64,000 nucleotides of DNA from a bacterium (GCA_963675755.2 CAXXMD010000003.1:1344001-1408000); one strand, 5' to 3'; positions 1 to 10,475 are shown, counted from the first letter of the stretch. Notes: generated by a model not told the origin, from the letters alone. Numbers and translations are program-made.

Positions 1-2043
1 GTAAAAACGTTGATGATACGCTTTTTTGGTATTTTCCGCAATCTGTGCATATTTTTCTATTTCTTCGGTTTTACCCAATTCTTTTGCGGTTTTTGCAGTA
101 ACATTGCTGCAGTACCAGAGATAAAAGGTGTGCACCTGTTCATCGGGCATCATTTTACCGGGTGGGACCCAGTCGCCCAGGTTGAACCATTTCAGGGGAA
201 TACCGTTTTTGCCGGCGCGCTGACTGTACATAACACCCTGGCTGTCGGTCCATTTTTGCATATAACCCACATAGCCTTTCATACCCTCGTAATTGTCGCT
301 CAGCATATCCAGCGATCCATATTGCTCATAAAATTCCCAGGGAATCACACAAATTGCTGCTCCCCAGGCAATACCACCACCGCAACCCGGCTGCCAGGGC
401 GCGCCGTTGGGAACATGCCCTGTTTCGGGATTTTGTGCTTCCAGCATGTCCTGTACCCATTTGTAATAAAAACTGCGGGCGTCGTAATTTTGCATTACCA
501 TGGGACACGCAACCTGACCGTCACCGGTGTAACCGGAACGCTCGCGGTGCGGACAATCGCTGGCCAAGCCGCCATGCATATTGTCGATCTGGCTGCGTCG
601 CCAGATGAGGTTAATGTCGTTGAACAGGGGATTCGAGGCCTCAAACTCGGCACTAACCGGTGCCGGCGTGTTGACCATTAGCGCGGTGAGGTGTTTGGCT
701 TTGAGCTTGCCCGGCCAGTTTTTAATATCCACTTCTTTGAACACAAACCAGTTGAAACGGACATGATAGGTCTCGGATCCTTCTCCGCGAAAGGTATACG
801 AGTTGTCCCCGGAATAATCACTACTGATAAAATTAAATTCCACCTTGTGGCCAGCCGGTGCCTTGACATCGTTAATGCGCAGCCAGCCCGAAATCTCTAC
901 ACCAAAATCCACATGCCAGGTACCGTCATCGCGTTTTTCAATGCTAACGGGTTTGAGCTCTTCGGTGATACGGTCGGGTCTGGAAGTATGTGCCGCCAGC
1001 TCGCCTTCGGGTGCGTTTCGCAAAGCGACCTTTTGCCATTTGGCGTCGTTAAAACCGGGCGCGCACCAGCCGGGTTGCTCTTTGCGGGCATCGTAATGTT
1101 CGCCGTAATAGACCATGTCGTAAAGGATGGGACTTTTGTCAGCTTTCCATGAACCATCACTCACAATGATCTCTTGCGATCCGTCCTCATAGGTGATATA
1201 AAGCTGACAGAGAAAGCGCGGCGTGCCATAGGCCTCGGTCCAGCCTTTGGCAGGATTATAAAAGCCGTTACCCAAAATGCCGCCAATCACATTCTCGCCG
1301 GTTTTGAACTGGTCGCTTACATCATAAGCCAGATACAGGACCTTGTAACGACGAAAATTATCCGGAATTGCGATGCTGCGCTCAGTTAATCCCGGGCGTT
1401 TACCGTAATTGGTCTGATTGGGTACCAGCACATCATTGCCGATCTTTTCACCGTTCATGTAAAATTCAAAATAACCGAGTCCGGTTACAAACGCAACCGC
1501 GTTTTTGATGGGTTTGTTGACCTGAAAAGATTTGCGCAGCAAGGGAGCGGGAGGCGGTGTGGGTGTTTCACCGCGTCCGGGTAATGGCAGTGCTTCTTCT
1601 CCCTGCCAGGGTGCGCCAATCCATTGCGCCTGCCACTCGGAGGGGTCCAACAGTCCCATACGCCAGGCGCTGGGGTTGCTCCATTTTGAGGCTTTATCGT
1701 TACGGTCCCAAACCCGCACCTGCCACCAGCACTCCTGACGGGATTGCAGGGTCTTGCCGTCATACTCGATGCGATTACTCAGCTGGGATTCGATCTTGCC
1801 ACTGTCCCACAGATCGGGAGATTCAAGCAGATCGGGGGTTGTTGCAACGCGCACCTGCCAGGCGGTTTGTTTCTGACCGCGTTCGTTCTTGTCCGCAATG
1901 TTGACCCAAGCAAGTCTGGGTTTGGCAATGTCAACAAGGGGCATGCCATCGAGATACTCGCAGGTGAGTTGGGTTGGGGTTATTCCTGCCAGCAGCATGA
2001 TCGGCAACAACAGGATACTCAGAACCATCATAATGTTTTTCAT
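1..2043 (-). CDS. Alpha-L-rhamnosidase-like glycoside hydrolase family 78 (3' end truncated by window edge; absent from ORF track)
   Basis: Manual translation from ATG at 2043 gives MKNIMMVLSILLLPIMLLAGITPTQLTCEY...KPRLAW...WWQVRVWD...APLLRKSF...TGLGYFEFYMNG...YYGEHYDAR...DFG...SDCPHRERSGYTGDG...LGDWVPP, open to position 1. DCPHRER-x-Y/W-TGD is the GH78 catalytic-region motif; signal peptide present. Confidence 0.9.
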   Translation of the reverse strand, partial: MKNIMMVLSILLLPIMLLAGITPTQLTCEYLDGMPLVDIAKPRLAWVNIADKNERGQKQTAWQVRVATTPDLLESPDLWDSGKIESQLSNRIEYDGKTLQSRQECWWQVRVWDRNDKASKWSNPSAWRMGLLDPSEWQAQWIGAPWQGEEALPLPGRGETPTPPPAPLLRKSFQVNKPIKNAVAFVTGLGYFEFYMNGEKIGNDVLVPNQTNYGKRPGLTERSIAIPDNFRRYKVLYLAYDVSDQFKTGENVIGGILGNGFYNPAKGWTEAYGTPRFLCQLYITYEDGSQEIIVSDGSWKADKSPILYDMVYYGEHYDARKEQPGWCAPGFNDAKWQKVALRNAPEGELAAHTSRPDRITEELKPVSIEKRDDGTWHVDFGVEISGWLRINDVKAPAGHKVEFNFISSDYSGDNSYTFRGEGSETYHVRFNWFVFKEVDIKNWPGKLKAKHLTALMVNTPAPVSAEFEASNPLFNDINLIWRRSQIDNMHGGLASDCPHRERSGYTGDGQVACPMVMQNYDARSFYYKWVQDMLEAQNPETGHVPNGAPWQPGCGGGIAWGAAICVIPWEFYEQYGSLDMLSDNYEGMKGYVGYMQKWTDSQGVMYSQRAGKNGIPLKWFNLGDWVPPGKMMPDEQVHTFYLWYCSNVTAKTAKELGKTEEIEKYAQIAENTKKAYHQRFY

Positions 2044-2148
2044 ATAGATTTTCCCGGGGTTATGTGTTGATATGAATTGTGAGTTTTGACGATATTTAGA
2101 ATATATTAAACCGGGGGGTTTGATGCAATAAAAGAAGTGAATGGATGG

Positions 2149-2208
2149 AAAGAATTGGAGTACAGTCCAAAAAAAGTGGTTGATTATTGGACTGTAGTCT
2201 AATTCTTT
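2149..2208. repeat. Inverted pair of short palindromes (REPIN-like doublet)
   Basis: aaagaattggagtacagtccaa ... ttggactgtagtctaattcttt: about 22-bp arms with 2 mismatches, and each arm is itself a near-palindrome. Confidence 0.6.
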
Positions 2209-2242
2209 TCTCTTGATAGAAAAATTCGATATGATTAAAGGA

Positions 2243-2269
2243 TCATGACGGAAAATATCTCCGTCACGA
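2243..2269. repeat. Dispersed palindrome family A (REP-like)
   Basis: tcatgacgga-aaatatc-tccgtcacga; related copies at 18779, 20546, 21774 and 23321. Confidence 0.7.
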
Positions 2270-2294
2270 GCTGTGAAATGTAGGCTTTTTACTA

Positions 2295-2687
2295 TTATAT
2301 TTCTTCCAGCCAGGCCATAGCTTTATCAACATCGTTAAAAGCTCTGACATGAATTCCCATGGTTTTGTATTTGTTGATGAATTTGGATACAAACATTTGC
2401 ACTGTTACCATTTCAGGCATAACCACTGCCCAATATTTCCAGCCGGCGTTTATGATTCTCGACTCCCAATTTTCAACATACCAGCCAATATCTTCAACAT
2501 AGGTTGAACTATTTTTGCGGTCATTTGCTAACCATTTGGTACAATTGAATTTAATAAAGTTATCAGCTCCAATAGACAGTACTGTTTTGTATTCCTGATC
2601 GGTAATATATTTGTGAATTTGATGATATATTATCTTTTTTTCAGGATATGCGATTACCGTTGCTGATTCGCTATCATAGACTTGCAT
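2295..2687 (-). CDS. STAS/SEC14 (SpoIIAA-like) domain protein
   Basis: 130 aa with KWLANDR...W...GWKYWAVV...F.D.DKAMAWL, the pattern typical of SpoIIAA-like small proteins. Confidence 0.65.
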   Translation of the reverse strand: MQVYDSESATVIAYPEKKIIYHQIHKYITDQEYKTVLSIGADNFIKFNCTKWLANDRKNSSTYVEDIGWYVENWESRIINAGWKYWAVVMPEMVTVQMFVSKFINKYKTMGIHVRAFNDVDKAMAWLEEI

Positions 2688-2980
2688 AATAATTCCCGGT
2701 GTCCTTTTTTGAAAATAATTTGTAAAACATTTTAAATAATGAATCGCAATTTCTATGCCCGTAAAAAGAAACGAGCAGGGTTATAGCAAAAATATTGTAA
2801 CTTAATTGTGATTGAGATTGTTTTCGTTATGATCAGTATTAAAGTTTCAGATTTATCTGACTCATTTACATGTGACAATATTATAAGATGATTGTGAGGG
2901 AAAGAGATGATATTTTATCTATTGATCCTCTCTTACTGTTTTTGTATTATACTATTCACCCATAATCCCGTGAGGAAACA

Positions 2981-3883
2981 ATGAAATATTGGTTAGTTAT
3001 ACTGGCTCTGATGTTACAATTAACTGTATTATATGCTGTACCCAATGAGCTCTCTATAGACAATGGGATATTAACCGTCAAGGTGGACCTGACCCGCGGC
3101 GGAACCATCAAGTGGGTATCCGTATCCGGTAGTGACCGCAACCTGGTAAACACCCATGACGAAGGCAGGTACATCCAGCAATCGTATTACGCAGGCAAAT
3201 CACTGGATCGTACCGCAGAGGGCCAGAGTCCCGACTGGACGCCCTGGAGCTGGAACCCAATCCAGGCCGGTGACGCATTCAAGAACCGCGCGGAAATACT
3301 CGATTACCGCAAATCCGGTGACTCGTTGTACGTGAAATGCGTTCCCATGTTGTGGGATATGAACAACAAACCCGCAGAAGCTGAACTGGAACAATGGACC
3401 GTACTGATTGGGAACACACTCCAAATCCATAACAAGCTGACCTGTTTCCGGACCGATACGTTATATGGAGAAGGCATCTCGAACAATCAGGAACTGCCGG
3501 CAGTGTATCCGGTTTCGGCTCTTAGTCAGTTATACAGCTATACCGGGGACCAGCCTTTTACCGGCGCGCCGGTGGAAAACATCGAGGTCATCTTTTTGTC
3601 CAGTGGGTTCTGGGGACGCTATGAATCGGTTCCCGAACATTGGATGGCGTTTGTAGATGAAAACCAGTGGGGTATGGGCGTTTACAATCCCAAATGTACC
3701 CGGTTTTTAGCAGGCATGTACAAAGACCCCGGAGGCGAAACTAATGACGCGTCAACATCCTATATCGCTCCTGTAAAGAAGGCGGTGTTAAACAAGGATA
3801 CGGTGTACGAGTATAGTTATTATATCATTATAGGATCTTTGAAAGAAATCCGGGAAAAGGTGTACGAACTGGAAGCAAAATAA
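2981..3883 (+). CDS. Secreted hypothetical protein, probable beta-sandwich carbohydrate-active fold
   Basis: 300 aa, signal peptide, GAGG RBS upstream, N-terminal 'IDNGILTVKVDLTRGGTI' reminiscent of mutarotase-like supersandwich proteins, Trp/Tyr rich. Confidence 0.6.
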   Translation: MKYWLVILALMLQLTVLYAVPNELSIDNGILTVKVDLTRGGTIKWVSVSGSDRNLVNTHDEGRYIQQSYYAGKSLDRTAEGQSPDWTPWSWNPIQAGDAFKNRAEILDYRKSGDSLYVKCVPMLWDMNNKPAEAELEQWTVLIGNTLQIHNKLTCFRTDTLYGEGISNNQELPAVYPVSALSQLYSYTGDQPFTGAPVENIEVIFLSSGFWGRYESVPEHWMAFVDENQWGMGVYNPKCTRFLAGMYKDPGGETNDASTSYIAPVKKAVLNKDTVYEYSYYIIIGSLKEIREKVYELEAK

Positions 3884-3999
3884 TTTTATTTTTGACGGGT
3901 CAGCCAACTAGTAGATACGTATATTAAAACACCGGATTCTTTGCTCATAATAAAAATTGTCTCTGTACCTTAAAGTGAGCCTTTTATATCAGTTAACAC

Positions 4000-6768
4000 C
4001 TACCTCAGCAGCACCATCTTTTTTACACGGTTAAACCCGCCCGCCTCTATCCGGTAAAAATAGACGCCCGCGGCTACCGTTTTCCCGGATACGTCCCAGC
4101 CATCCCATTGGATTGCATGGATTCCCGCTGGTCGATCAGCATCCAAAAGCGCCTTAACCTCGCGGCCCAGCACATCATATACTGTCAACCGGACGCGATC
4201 CGGGTGCGGTAACTGATATGATATTTGCGTCACCGGATTAAACGGATTGGGATAATTCTGTTCAAGCTCAAAACGGAGCGGGACCGATTCGGATTCAATC
4301 CGGTTCAGTACACCATACTCGTATGCGCCCATGTCCGGAGCGGGACCGGAATATTCGCTTTCTTCCATATTGACAAGGGTGTCCCCCTCCCATTCATAAA
4401 ACACAGTACCGGCATCAATGCAGGGAGAGTCCCCGGACAGATGATAATCAAAGGGATCACCGCCTACAAACAAGGGATCCGCATCAATGTTGCCGTCGAG
4501 CCAGTTGATAATTGAATTATCATATACATCTTTAATACTATCCCGTCCTCCTTGAATATTGGATGATAAAACAGTGAGTATATTATCTCCGCCCAGGGGT
4601 GGTGTTGTAGATGATATAATATTATACGGTTGATTGTTTGCAATGATACTATTTATTAAATTTACTTTTGAACCCATCGATAAAACCAACCCTCCGGCAT
4701 GATTTATTTCACCATAAATATTTGACGAAGCATTAAAATAAATATTATCATAAACGGTTACATTTTCCAAAATATATTCACCACGCCTTAAACATATACC
4801 ACCTCCATAACGATCACATTTGTTATTATGAACCAGTACATTTTCAAATGAAATCTTGTATAAAGATGACAGATATATGACTGAACAATAAATACCTCCA
4901 CCTGAACAGAAAGCCGTGTTATTTGAAATCACCAAATCTTTAAATATTACATTGTTCGAACGAAACGTATTAATTCCACCGCCATCATTATTGGTTTCAC
5001 CATTACAGAGTGTAAAACCCTGAAAAAACATATTATTTACTATATATAGCTGTACCACCTGATTTTGCTGCTCTGCATCCAATATTGTAGAATTCGGCCC
5101 ATCACCCAGAATGGATACATAACTTTTACACAATACCGGAAATGTCTCTCCAGTTTTAGATGGTGAATACAAACCCGGTGCTACATGAATAACCCTTGGA
5201 TTTAAACTGTCTACCTGTATGGACAGTAATGCCTTGTTCAAGGTTTTCATCGGCTGGTTGGAACTCAATCCATTATTTTCATCACTTCCCTGTTCAGAAA
5301 CAAACAAATCAGCAGATACAGGCTCAACCAGGGTTTTTTGCCAGGAAATATTATGATTTTCTATCGGATCAATAAAAACGGAATCCTTGTGACTGGTCGT
5401 AAATGTGTCCAGCACAGCACTGATTGTTGATTTGCCGTCACTGGCAAAATCATTTCCGGTTACAAAAGCACGGTTATAATATACGCTGTTTAATTCAGAT
5501 CCGTCAAATATTAGATTTGCATTCTCGTTGGTACAATAAATACCTCCACCCGATTTTTCACTAATATTACGGTTAATGGATGTATTCCTGAGTGTTAAAA
5601 CAGAATTATCATTATAGATTGCTCCCCCTAATCCGGTTGCATAATTTTCACTTATTACTGTATGGTCGAGTGTCATGTTTGAAGATTGGACAAAAATCCC
5701 ACCTCCATAATCACCTGAATTTTCAGAAACAATACAGTTTTTCAATATTACAATCGAACTGTCACTGCAATAAATGCCTCCTCCATATATATTCCTCGAA
5801 TCTACAAGACTCCTGTTTTTTATAAACCAGGAATTCCTTATCTCGGCATTACTGTTCAACAAATAAATACCGCAACCTAAACCCAGGCCTGGTATTGAGC
5901 CCATACCTAAATTATCCTTAACAAGGGTACTGTCAATTTCCAAATCCGAACCTCTTGCATATATTCCAGCACCTCTCAAACTCGGTCCCAGACTTGCTGA
6001 TGAATAACTTTTCCAGGAATTATTTTCTATTTTCACATTGGTGATTTTAATCTTTGAAAATTCCATACATATTCCACCACCGCCATATGATCCCAACAGA
6101 TGGTTTCTTAAAGTCACGTTATCAAGTTCAATTTGTGATTTTTGGCAAAATATCCCCCCACCATATCTACCGCTATTGTTTGAAAAATCAGAATGAATTA
6201 TCCTGAGCGTTGAGCTGTCTTGACAGGTTACGCCTCGTTGTTCATTATCCCGAATTTTCACATTATCTATATTCAGAACGGAGCTTTCAAAACAGCCAAT
6301 TCCACCTGCTTTATAACGGTAATTTCTTTCAAGGTAATTCTGTTCAACTTTAAGATGAGTCAAATTTGCGTTCGAGGCATTACGGCAAACAATACCGCTT
6401 GCTCCTTTATCATCACTTTCATTAGAATCCCGTCCGTTTGTTATCACTAACCCGCACAATGTCGTTGTACTATCTTCACCGCTGGCAATGGTGACGACCG
6501 TACCGCTCTGGCTGCCGTCTATAACAGTTTGCGCAATGTAGGAGGTGTCTCCAGTGGAGAGATAATACGAGGCTACAACAATCGACCTGCCGTTAAAGTT
6601 GATATTTTCGTAGTACGTCCCCGGGGCCACCAGCACAGTATCCCCGTTAACAGAAGCGTTAATACCTTGCTGAATTGTAGAAAAATCATCGGGGATGTGT
6701 AATAATTCAGCGTAGGCAAAAGTCCCCATTAAACATATGATACAGAAAAAAATTTGTGACGTTTTCAT
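4000..6768 (-). CDS. Secreted right-handed beta-helix (pectin-lyase-like, DUF1565-type) repeat protein with C-terminal FlgD-Ig/T9SS-like domain, paralog 1
   Basis: Signal peptide; 'TIQQGINASVNGDTVLVAPGTYYENI'; many GGGIYC...N repeats; 'DYHLSGDSPCIDAG'; 'PDMGAYE'; 'LEQNYPNPFNP...WDG...GVYFYRI...KKMVLLR'. Confidence 0.85.
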   Translation of the reverse strand: MKTSQIFFCIICLMGTFAYAELLHIPDDFSTIQQGINASVNGDTVLVAPGTYYENINFNGRSIVVASYYLSTGDTSYIAQTVIDGSQSGTVVTIASGEDSTTTLCGLVITNGRDSNESDDKGASGIVCRNASNANLTHLKVEQNYLERNYRYKAGGIGCFESSVLNIDNVKIRDNEQRGVTCQDSSTLRIIHSDFSNNSGRYGGGIFCQKSQIELDNVTLRNHLLGSYGGGGICMEFSKIKITNVKIENNSWKSYSSASLGPSLRGAGIYARGSDLEIDSTLVKDNLGMGSIPGLGLGCGIYLLNSNAEIRNSWFIKNRSLVDSRNIYGGGIYCSDSSIVILKNCIVSENSGDYGGGIFVQSSNMTLDHTVISENYATGLGGAIYNDNSVLTLRNTSINRNISEKSGGGIYCTNENANLIFDGSELNSVYYNRAFVTGNDFASDGKSTISAVLDTFTTSHKDSVFIDPIENHNISWQKTLVEPVSADLFVSEQGSDENNGLSSNQPMKTLNKALLSIQVDSLNPRVIHVAPGLYSPSKTGETFPVLCKSYVSILGDGPNSTILDAEQQNQVVQLYIVNNMFFQGFTLCNGETNNDGGGINTFRSNNVIFKDLVISNNTAFCSGGGIYCSVIYLSSLYKISFENVLVHNNKCDRYGGGICLRRGEYILENVTVYDNIYFNASSNIYGEINHAGGLVLSMGSKVNLINSIIANNQPYNIISSTTPPLGGDNILTVLSSNIQGGRDSIKDVYDNSIINWLDGNIDADPLFVGGDPFDYHLSGDSPCIDAGTVFYEWEGDTLVNMEESEYSGPAPDMGAYEYGVLNRIESESVPLRFELEQNYPNPFNPVTQISYQLPHPDRVRLTVYDVLGREVKALLDADRPAGIHAIQWDGWDVSGKTVAAGVYFYRIEAGGFNRVKKMVLLR

Positions 6769-6842
6769 ATTTTCCCCTAATATTTCTAATACATAATTTT
6801 TGTCTCTGTACCTTAAAGTGAGCCTTTTATATCAGTTAACAC

Positions 6843-9593
6843 CTACCTCAACAGTACCATCTTTTTAACACGGGTAAACTCGTCCGTCTCTATTCGGTAA
6901 AAATAGACACTTGCGGCAACCGTCTTGCCGGATGCGTCCCGGCCATCCCATTTGACTTTATGCGTTCCTGCCGGACGGTCAGCATCCACCAGCGCTTTCA
7001 CCTCGCGGCCCAATACGTCATAAACTGTCAACCGAACGTGATCCGTGTGCGGTAACTGATACGATATTTGCGTCACCGGATTAAAAGGATTGGGGTAATT
7101 CTGCGCAAGCTCAAACCGAAGCGGGGCCGATGCAGATTCAATCCGGTTTAGCACACCATACTCGTACGCGCCCATATCCGGAGCAGGTCCCGAATATTCG
7201 CGTTCATCCATATTGACAAGGGTATCCCCCTCCCATACATAAAACGCAGTACCCGCATCAATACAGGGAGAAGCCTCTGTTAGATGATAATCAAAAGGTT
7301 CGCCACCTACAAACATCGGCTCTGCATCAATGTTGCCGTCGAGCCAGTTGATAAAAAACAGTTCATTTTTAATTTCAATACTATCCTGCCCGCCTTGAAT
7401 ATTGGAAAACAACACGGTTAAGATATTGTCACCTCCCAGGGGTGGTATTGTAAATGATCGAATATTTGAAGGATAATTTTCAGCAATGATACTATTTATC
7501 AAATTTACTTTTGAACCCATCACCAGAGCAATACCTCCGGACCGATCATCATATTCATAATTATTGTTTAAAGTATCAAATCGATTATTATTATAGACTG
7601 TCATATTTTCCAATGTATACTCACCACCCCTGACACATATTCCACTCCCATAAAATCCACTTTTGTTATTATAAACGAGTATTTTTTTTAACAAAATATT
7701 ATATTCTGACTGATATCTTGCTGAACAATAAATTCCGCCGCCTGACGAACTGGCAGTATTATTTGAAACAACAAGCTCTTTAAAGACAATCTTATTCGAA
7801 AGATATGTATGAATTCCACCGCCATCATTGTTTGAATTACCATTCCTTATAGTAAAGTCCTGAAAACGCATATTATTTACTTTATATAACTGAACAACCC
7901 GGTTTTGTTGTTCAGCATCTAAAATGGTAGTATTGGGATTGTCACCCACAACAGATACATGACTTTTAACTATGACCGGAAAACTTTCTCCTGTCTTTGA
8001 AGGGGAATATAATCCTGGCCCAACATGGACTGTATGCGGATTCAAGCTGTCAGCCAGAACTGTAAGCATGGCTTTATTGATCGTTTTAAAAGGAGTTGAT
8101 TCAGACAAGCCGTCATTATCATCATCTCCCTGCTCAGACACATACATATCAGCAGATACAGGTTGTACCAGTGCCTGTTGCCAGGTAATATTGAAATTAT
8201 CAACAGGATCCGCAAAAACCGTATCCATTCGGTTAATTGTAAAAGTGTCCAATACAGCATTTATCGTTATCAAACTGTCACAGGCAAAATCGTTTCCGGA
8301 TTCAAAGGCGCGATTATAATAAACACTGTTTAGTTCTGTTTTATTGAATTCTATTTTTGCATTATCATTGGTACAAAAAAATCCCCCACCCGTTGTTTCA
8401 CTCAAATTTCGATTAATAGACGAATTCTTAATTGATACATCAGAATTGTCATTGTAGATACCCCCTCCTTCTTCTATTGTGTGGTTTGCCCGTATCAATA
8501 CTTTATCCAAATCAAGGATTGAATTTTTTGTATAAATCCCTCCACCTCTTCTCGCAAAATTTTCTACTATTTTAGTATTATACAATTGAACCAATGCACA
8601 ATCTCTAAAAGCAATCCCTCCACCATACATTAGCGTCGATGAAAAAGTAGAAGTGTTGCTAGCAACATATGAATTCTTTATATTAACCAAACTATTATAA
8701 CAAAACATACCATTTCCATGACTGCCAAATTCACCTGCAAATCCCGAATTGCTTTCTATACGGACATTATCGATATCAAGTTTTGAATCCCACACACAAA
8801 TACCTGCACCCCTGGTAGAACTAAGAGACGTAATTCCAATAAGATTTCCTTTGTTTCTTAATATTTTCGAATTTTTAATTACAAGATTTGAATATCTTGC
8901 AAAGATACCTATCCCGCCACTTTTTGAAATATTATCTCTTATAGTAACATCATTAATAGTTATTCCACAGTCTTCGCAATAAATCCCCCCGCCACTATTG
9001 TTGTAAACACTTGAATTAAAGATTTTAACTTTAGAACTGTCACGACAGATCATAGCTCTTTCTTCATTCTCCCGCAAAACCACAAATTCCATGGTTAGAT
9101 TCGAGTTATCAAAGCAGCCAATTCCACTAACTCTATTAATATTACTTTCAAAAATATTGTTTTTTTCAACAATCAAATGAGATAACACGACACTGGAGTG
9201 ATTTCCGCACATAATTCCACTTGCGATTTTGGTTGTATAGTCAAAATCCTCTATGTACCCGTTTGTAATCACAAATCCGCACAGTGCTGTCGTACTGTCT
9301 TCTCCACTGGCAATGGTGACGACCGTACCTTTCTGGTTTCCGTCAATCACGGTTTGTGCAATGTAGGAGGTGTCTCTCGTGGTGAGATAGTACGAGGCTA
9401 CAACAATCGATTTGCCATTAAAGTTGATATTTTCGTAGTACGTCCCCGGGGCCACCAGCACAGTATCCCCGTTAACAGAAGCGTTAATACCTTGCTGAAT
9501 TGTAGAAAAATCATCGGGGATGTGTAGAATGTTAGCATAGGCAAACGTCCCCATTAAACATATGATACAGAAAAAAACTTGTGACGTTTTCAT
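6843..9593 (-). CDS. Secreted beta-helix repeat protein with C-terminal FlgD-Ig/T9SS-like domain, paralog 2
   Basis: Same architecture as 4000-6768, with a near-identical N-terminal ~110 aa and a very similar C-terminal ~150 aa. Confidence 0.85.
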   Translation of the reverse strand: MKTSQVFFCIICLMGTFAYANILHIPDDFSTIQQGINASVNGDTVLVAPGTYYENINFNGKSIVVASYYLTTRDTSYIAQTVIDGNQKGTVVTIASGEDSTTALCGFVITNGYIEDFDYTTKIASGIMCGNHSSVVLSHLIVEKNNIFESNINRVSGIGCFDNSNLTMEFVVLRENEERAMICRDSSKVKIFNSSVYNNSGGGIYCEDCGITINDVTIRDNISKSGGIGIFARYSNLVIKNSKILRNKGNLIGITSLSSTRGAGICVWDSKLDIDNVRIESNSGFAGEFGSHGNGMFCYNSLVNIKNSYVASNTSTFSSTLMYGGGIAFRDCALVQLYNTKIVENFARRGGGIYTKNSILDLDKVLIRANHTIEEGGGIYNDNSDVSIKNSSINRNLSETTGGGFFCTNDNAKIEFNKTELNSVYYNRAFESGNDFACDSLITINAVLDTFTINRMDTVFADPVDNFNITWQQALVQPVSADMYVSEQGDDDNDGLSESTPFKTINKAMLTVLADSLNPHTVHVGPGLYSPSKTGESFPVIVKSHVSVVGDNPNTTILDAEQQNRVVQLYKVNNMRFQDFTIRNGNSNNDGGGIHTYLSNKIVFKELVVSNNTASSSGGGIYCSARYQSEYNILLKKILVYNNKSGFYGSGICVRGGEYTLENMTVYNNNRFDTLNNNYEYDDRSGGIALVMGSKVNLINSIIAENYPSNIRSFTIPPLGGDNILTVLFSNIQGGQDSIEIKNELFFINWLDGNIDAEPMFVGGEPFDYHLTEASPCIDAGTAFYVWEGDTLVNMDEREYSGPAPDMGAYEYGVLNRIESASAPLRFELAQNYPNPFNPVTQISYQLPHTDHVRLTVYDVLGREVKALVDADRPAGTHKVKWDGRDASGKTVAASVYFYRIETDEFTRVKKMVLLR

Positions 9594-9735
9594 ATTTTCC
9601 CCTAATATTTCTAATACATAATTTTTGTCTCTGTGCTCTGGTACCTTTTTGAGATAGATTAACTTTCTCTAAAAGAAATTCCCAAGTCACCAAGCCACAA
9701 AGTAGCTTTCCTTATTTTTTCAATTACATCAAATC

Positions 9736-10317
9736 TTATTCCCGTCCTTTCCCAATAACAATCCCAATCTGATATTGGTCTCCATCTATACCATAAAAGA
9801 ACACATCCGACATTTTCTGATAGCTAAACATCAATCCCACATCCAGTTTATCTGTAGTAATCATAAAATGGTTGGAAACGTCCAAAAACATGCCACCTTC
9901 TGCCTGCCCATTGCTTTCCTCATTAAAGCTATTAATAACCATCATCCCCATTCCAACCATGGCATGCCAGTAAAAATTATTACGACTGTAAAGTACATTC
10001 CCTACAGCAATTTCATTATTTGAAGCAACATAATTGTCAAAATCCGAATAATAAGACCCTAATGAGCTATTGGGACTGATTTTTTCATTACTGCTGTTTT
10101 TATGCCAGTGCACGCCAGCTTTATAGTAAAGCTTATCGCTTATACCCAAAGGTAATACCAAACTACCGTGTATACCCATAGATTCAGGTTCTTTCTTTTC
10201 TTCACCACCATATTTATCATAGTTATTCACACCGACAGATAAAAACCGGTATTCTTTAGCTGCACCCAATCCACAAAACATTAAAACCATTATCGCAATC
10301 ATTATAACCTTTTTCAT
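9736..10317 (-). CDS. Secreted hypothetical protein, possibly a small outer-membrane beta-barrel
   Basis: Likely start MKKVIMIAIMVLMFCGLGAA (signal peptide) at 10317; alternating amphipathic strands; AT-rich. Confidence 0.55.
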   Translation of the reverse strand: MKKVIMIAIMVLMFCGLGAAKEYRFLSVGVNNYDKYGGEEKKEPESMGIHGSLVLPLGISDKLYYKAGVHWHKNSSNEKISPNSSLGSYYSDFDNYVASNNEIAVGNVLYSRNNFYWHAMVGMGMMVINSFNEESNGQAEGGMFLDVSNHFMITTDKLDVGLMFSYQKMSDVFFYGIDGDQYQIGIVIGKGRE

Positions 10318-10475
10318 TATCGCTTCTTTCTTATCAATTGAATTTTCAGTGACAAAGAATTGACTACCCATATTTATTGTAACAATTCCGATGCTTTTTA
10401 ACAATTAAAAAATGTATACTAGAAAAAATTCCCCGTGTCACTCACTATATCTTTGTAAAGAACATTAATGTTTAC

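Larger units (their letters stand above)
3957..9634 (-). repeat. Tandem duplication, two units of ~2.83 kb bounded by TTGTCTCTGT
   Basis: ttgtctctgt occurs at 3957, 6800 and 9625. 3957-3999 is identical to 6800-6842, and 6769-6809 is identical to 9594-9634. Confidence 0.9.

Noticed and set aside
10-2070. Several plus-strand ORFs in the track (10-681, 691-1152, 1557-1904, 1744-2070)
   Set aside because: They are antisense shadows of the minus-strand GH78 gene, which the track missed because it lacks a stop inside the window.
4000-9593. Diversity-generating retroelement (TR/VR) explanation for the similar 3' ends
   Set aside because: Differences are not adenine-restricted, both copies are full genes, and no reverse transcriptase is present in the window.
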